Shown here: positions 63,386 to 64,000 of the stretch, piece by piece
How the letters are laid out: every line of letters begins with the position of its first letter
How positions within the stretch are numbered: position 1 is the stretch's first letter
Assembly: GCA_003554945.1 (NCBI GenBank)
Contig: PWHN01000102.1
Span: 240-64,239 of the forward strand
Source of the DNA: a bacterium
GTDB lineage: Bacteria > T1Sed10-126
Direction: 5' to 3'
DNA length: 64,000 nucleotides
Notes under the pieces: model-generated
Told to the model about the DNA's origin: nothing
What the model saw: the letters and a program-made list of their open reading frames with translations, nothing else
Database searches by the model: none
Made by a program: the position numbers and the translations under genes

Positions 63386-63427
63386 TTTAAACCACTCCCG
63401 GAGTAAAAACCTCTCCCAAATCCGATC

Positions 63428-63468
63428 TCAATCCGAACTCCATCCGTGTCCCATAAGAACTTGAATTT
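63428..63468. repeat. Direct repeat, copy 1, flanking tRNA-Ser
   Basis: TCAATCCG[AACTCCATCCG]TGTCCCATAAGAACTTGAATTT matches 63638-63667 (about 24 of 27 in the core). Confidence 0.7.
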
Positions 63469-63488
63469 GATGTTGAACTTACGGTTTT

Positions 63489-63516
63489 AGCTTTCAGCTT
63501 TCAACTTTCAGCTGAA
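63489..63516. repeat. Degenerate 7-nt tandem array AGCTTTC x4 abutting tRNA-Ser
   Basis: AGCTTTC AGCTTTC AACTTTC AGCTGAA, the same word as at 21412-21446. Confidence 0.7.
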
Positions 63517-63520
63517 CTAA

Positions 63521-63609
63521 CGGAGGGGGTGGGATTCGAACCCACGATGCCCGCAAGGGCATACCGCATTTCGAATGCGGCGCCTTCAGCCGGACTCGGC
63601 CACCCCTCC
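63521..63609 (-). tRNA. tRNA-Ser (anticodon CGA)
   Basis: The minus strand reads GGAGGGGTGGCCGAGTCCGGCTGAAGGCGCCGCATTCGAAATGCGG + long variable arm TATGCCCTTGCGGGCATC + GTGGGTTCGAATCCCACCCCCTCCG. This is a class II cloverleaf with anticodon loop TTCGAAA. Confidence 0.92.
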
Positions 63610-63637
63610 AGGTTGTTTGCTTCCAAAAAAATCAGAA

Positions 63638-63667
63638 TTCAATCCGTGTCCAAAAGAACTTGATTTT
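63638..63667. repeat. Direct repeat, copy 2, flanking tRNA-Ser
   Basis: TTCAATCCGTGTCCAAAAGAACTTGATTTT; see copy 1. Confidence 0.7.
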
Positions 63668-63701
63668 CCATTTTTCCAGTTTTCCACTAATTATAACATA
63701 C

Positions 63702-63908
63702 CTACTTCTCCGGTAGAGGGTCGTAGCCATGGTCGCCGAAGGGATGACAGCGCAAAATTCGTCTGATTCCCAGCCAGCCGCCTCGCAGCAGTCCAAACTT
63801 ATTTATTGCCTCACGCATGTATTCGGAACAGCTGGGTCTGTAACGGCAGTGGGCTCCCAAGAATGGCGATAAACAGCGCTGGTAAGCGGTTAGAAGCAAA
63901 CTAATCAT
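63702..63908 (-). CDS. yidD: Membrane protein insertion efficiency factor YidD
   Basis: YQRCLSPFLGAHCRYRPSCSEYMREAI..., RCHPF...GYDP. The start at MISLL (63908) overlaps the rnpA stop (ATGATTAG). Confidence 0.9.
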   Translation of the reverse strand: MISLLLTAYQRCLSPFLGAHCRYRPSCSEYMREAINKFGLLRGGWLGIRRILRCHPFGDHGYDPLPEK

Positions 63909-63999
63909 CTTCTTCAAGAACCTTCGCCTCCTGACAGAGCCGTTTGACGAGCGGGTCAAAATCCTGGCGTTTAAGGTTTGGTGTTGCGCGGCGCGTTGC
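63901..63999 (-). CDS. rnpA: RNase P protein component, C-terminal fragment (5' part outside window)
   Basis: The frame is open from the window edge to TAG at 63901-63903 (...ATRRATPNLKRQDFDPLVKRLCQEAKVLEEDD). The call rests mostly on conserved rnpA-yidD synteny and the overlapping stop/start. Confidence 0.5.
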   Translation of the reverse strand, partial: ATRRATPNLKRQDFDPLVKRLCQEAKVLEEDD

Positions 64000-64000
64000 C

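Noticed and set aside
63642-63656. Sigma54-like TGGACACGGATTGA on the minus strand, in the repeat flanking tRNA-Ser.
   Set aside because: The spacing between the GG and the TG/GC element is 8 nt rather than 10, and the GC dinucleotide is absent.

Overview
Origin-proximal chromosomal segment of a diderm bacterium (LptE and TolC present) with a strikingly acidic proteome. All calls come from reading the ORF track and sequence; no searches were run. I call about 58 protein genes and 3 tRNAs, almost all housekeeping. Left to right: partial flavodiiron protein, MoaD/ThiS-like carrier, cutA, secA, a TM-TPR-Mrr-like protein, SbcCD-like yhaO/yhaN, serC, CPBP protease and rpsT. Then holA-lptE-TPR-pth-ctc-prs-glmU (minus strand), tRNA-Gly and tRNA-Cys, 5'-nucleotidase, TauE, a four-gene MacAB/TolC-type efflux operon, an ArsR-like regulator, an MJ0400-family aldolase and ugd. 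Then a thioredoxin/DsbD-like fusion, MATE, tmk-yaaR-holB-metG-tatD, a DnaA-box region, dnaA-dnaN-recF-DUF721-gyrB-gyrA, hpnCDE, a uracil/xanthine permease, a four-helix-bundle protein, recR and comEA. Finally mnmE-jag-yidC, an ABC-2 exporter, an exported hypothetical protein, tRNA-Ser, and yidD-rnpA. I see no CRISPR array, transposase, integrase, phage gene, toxin-antitoxin pair or recognisable defence island. The unusual content is non-coding. (1) A structured element occurs twice (14647-14805 plus strand, 31357-31611 minus strand), with a near-identical 33-nt tail, conserved junctions and helices kept by different sequences; I cannot assign it to a known RNA family. (2) At least two families of hairpin-rich MITE/REP-like intergenic repeats are present. 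(3) Short-period (7-8 nt) degenerate word arrays, some as inverted arrays, surround the tRNA genes. (4) Direct repeats flank tRNA-Ser inside an interrupted yidD/yidC cluster. (5) A terminator/antiterminator-like leader precedes the permease, and palindromic operators precede the ArsR-like gene. Among proteins, the membrane-anchored TPR-Mrr-like gene, translationally coupled to secA and downstream of yhaO/yhaN, is the most curious. No complete novel multi-gene system can be supported from sequence alone.
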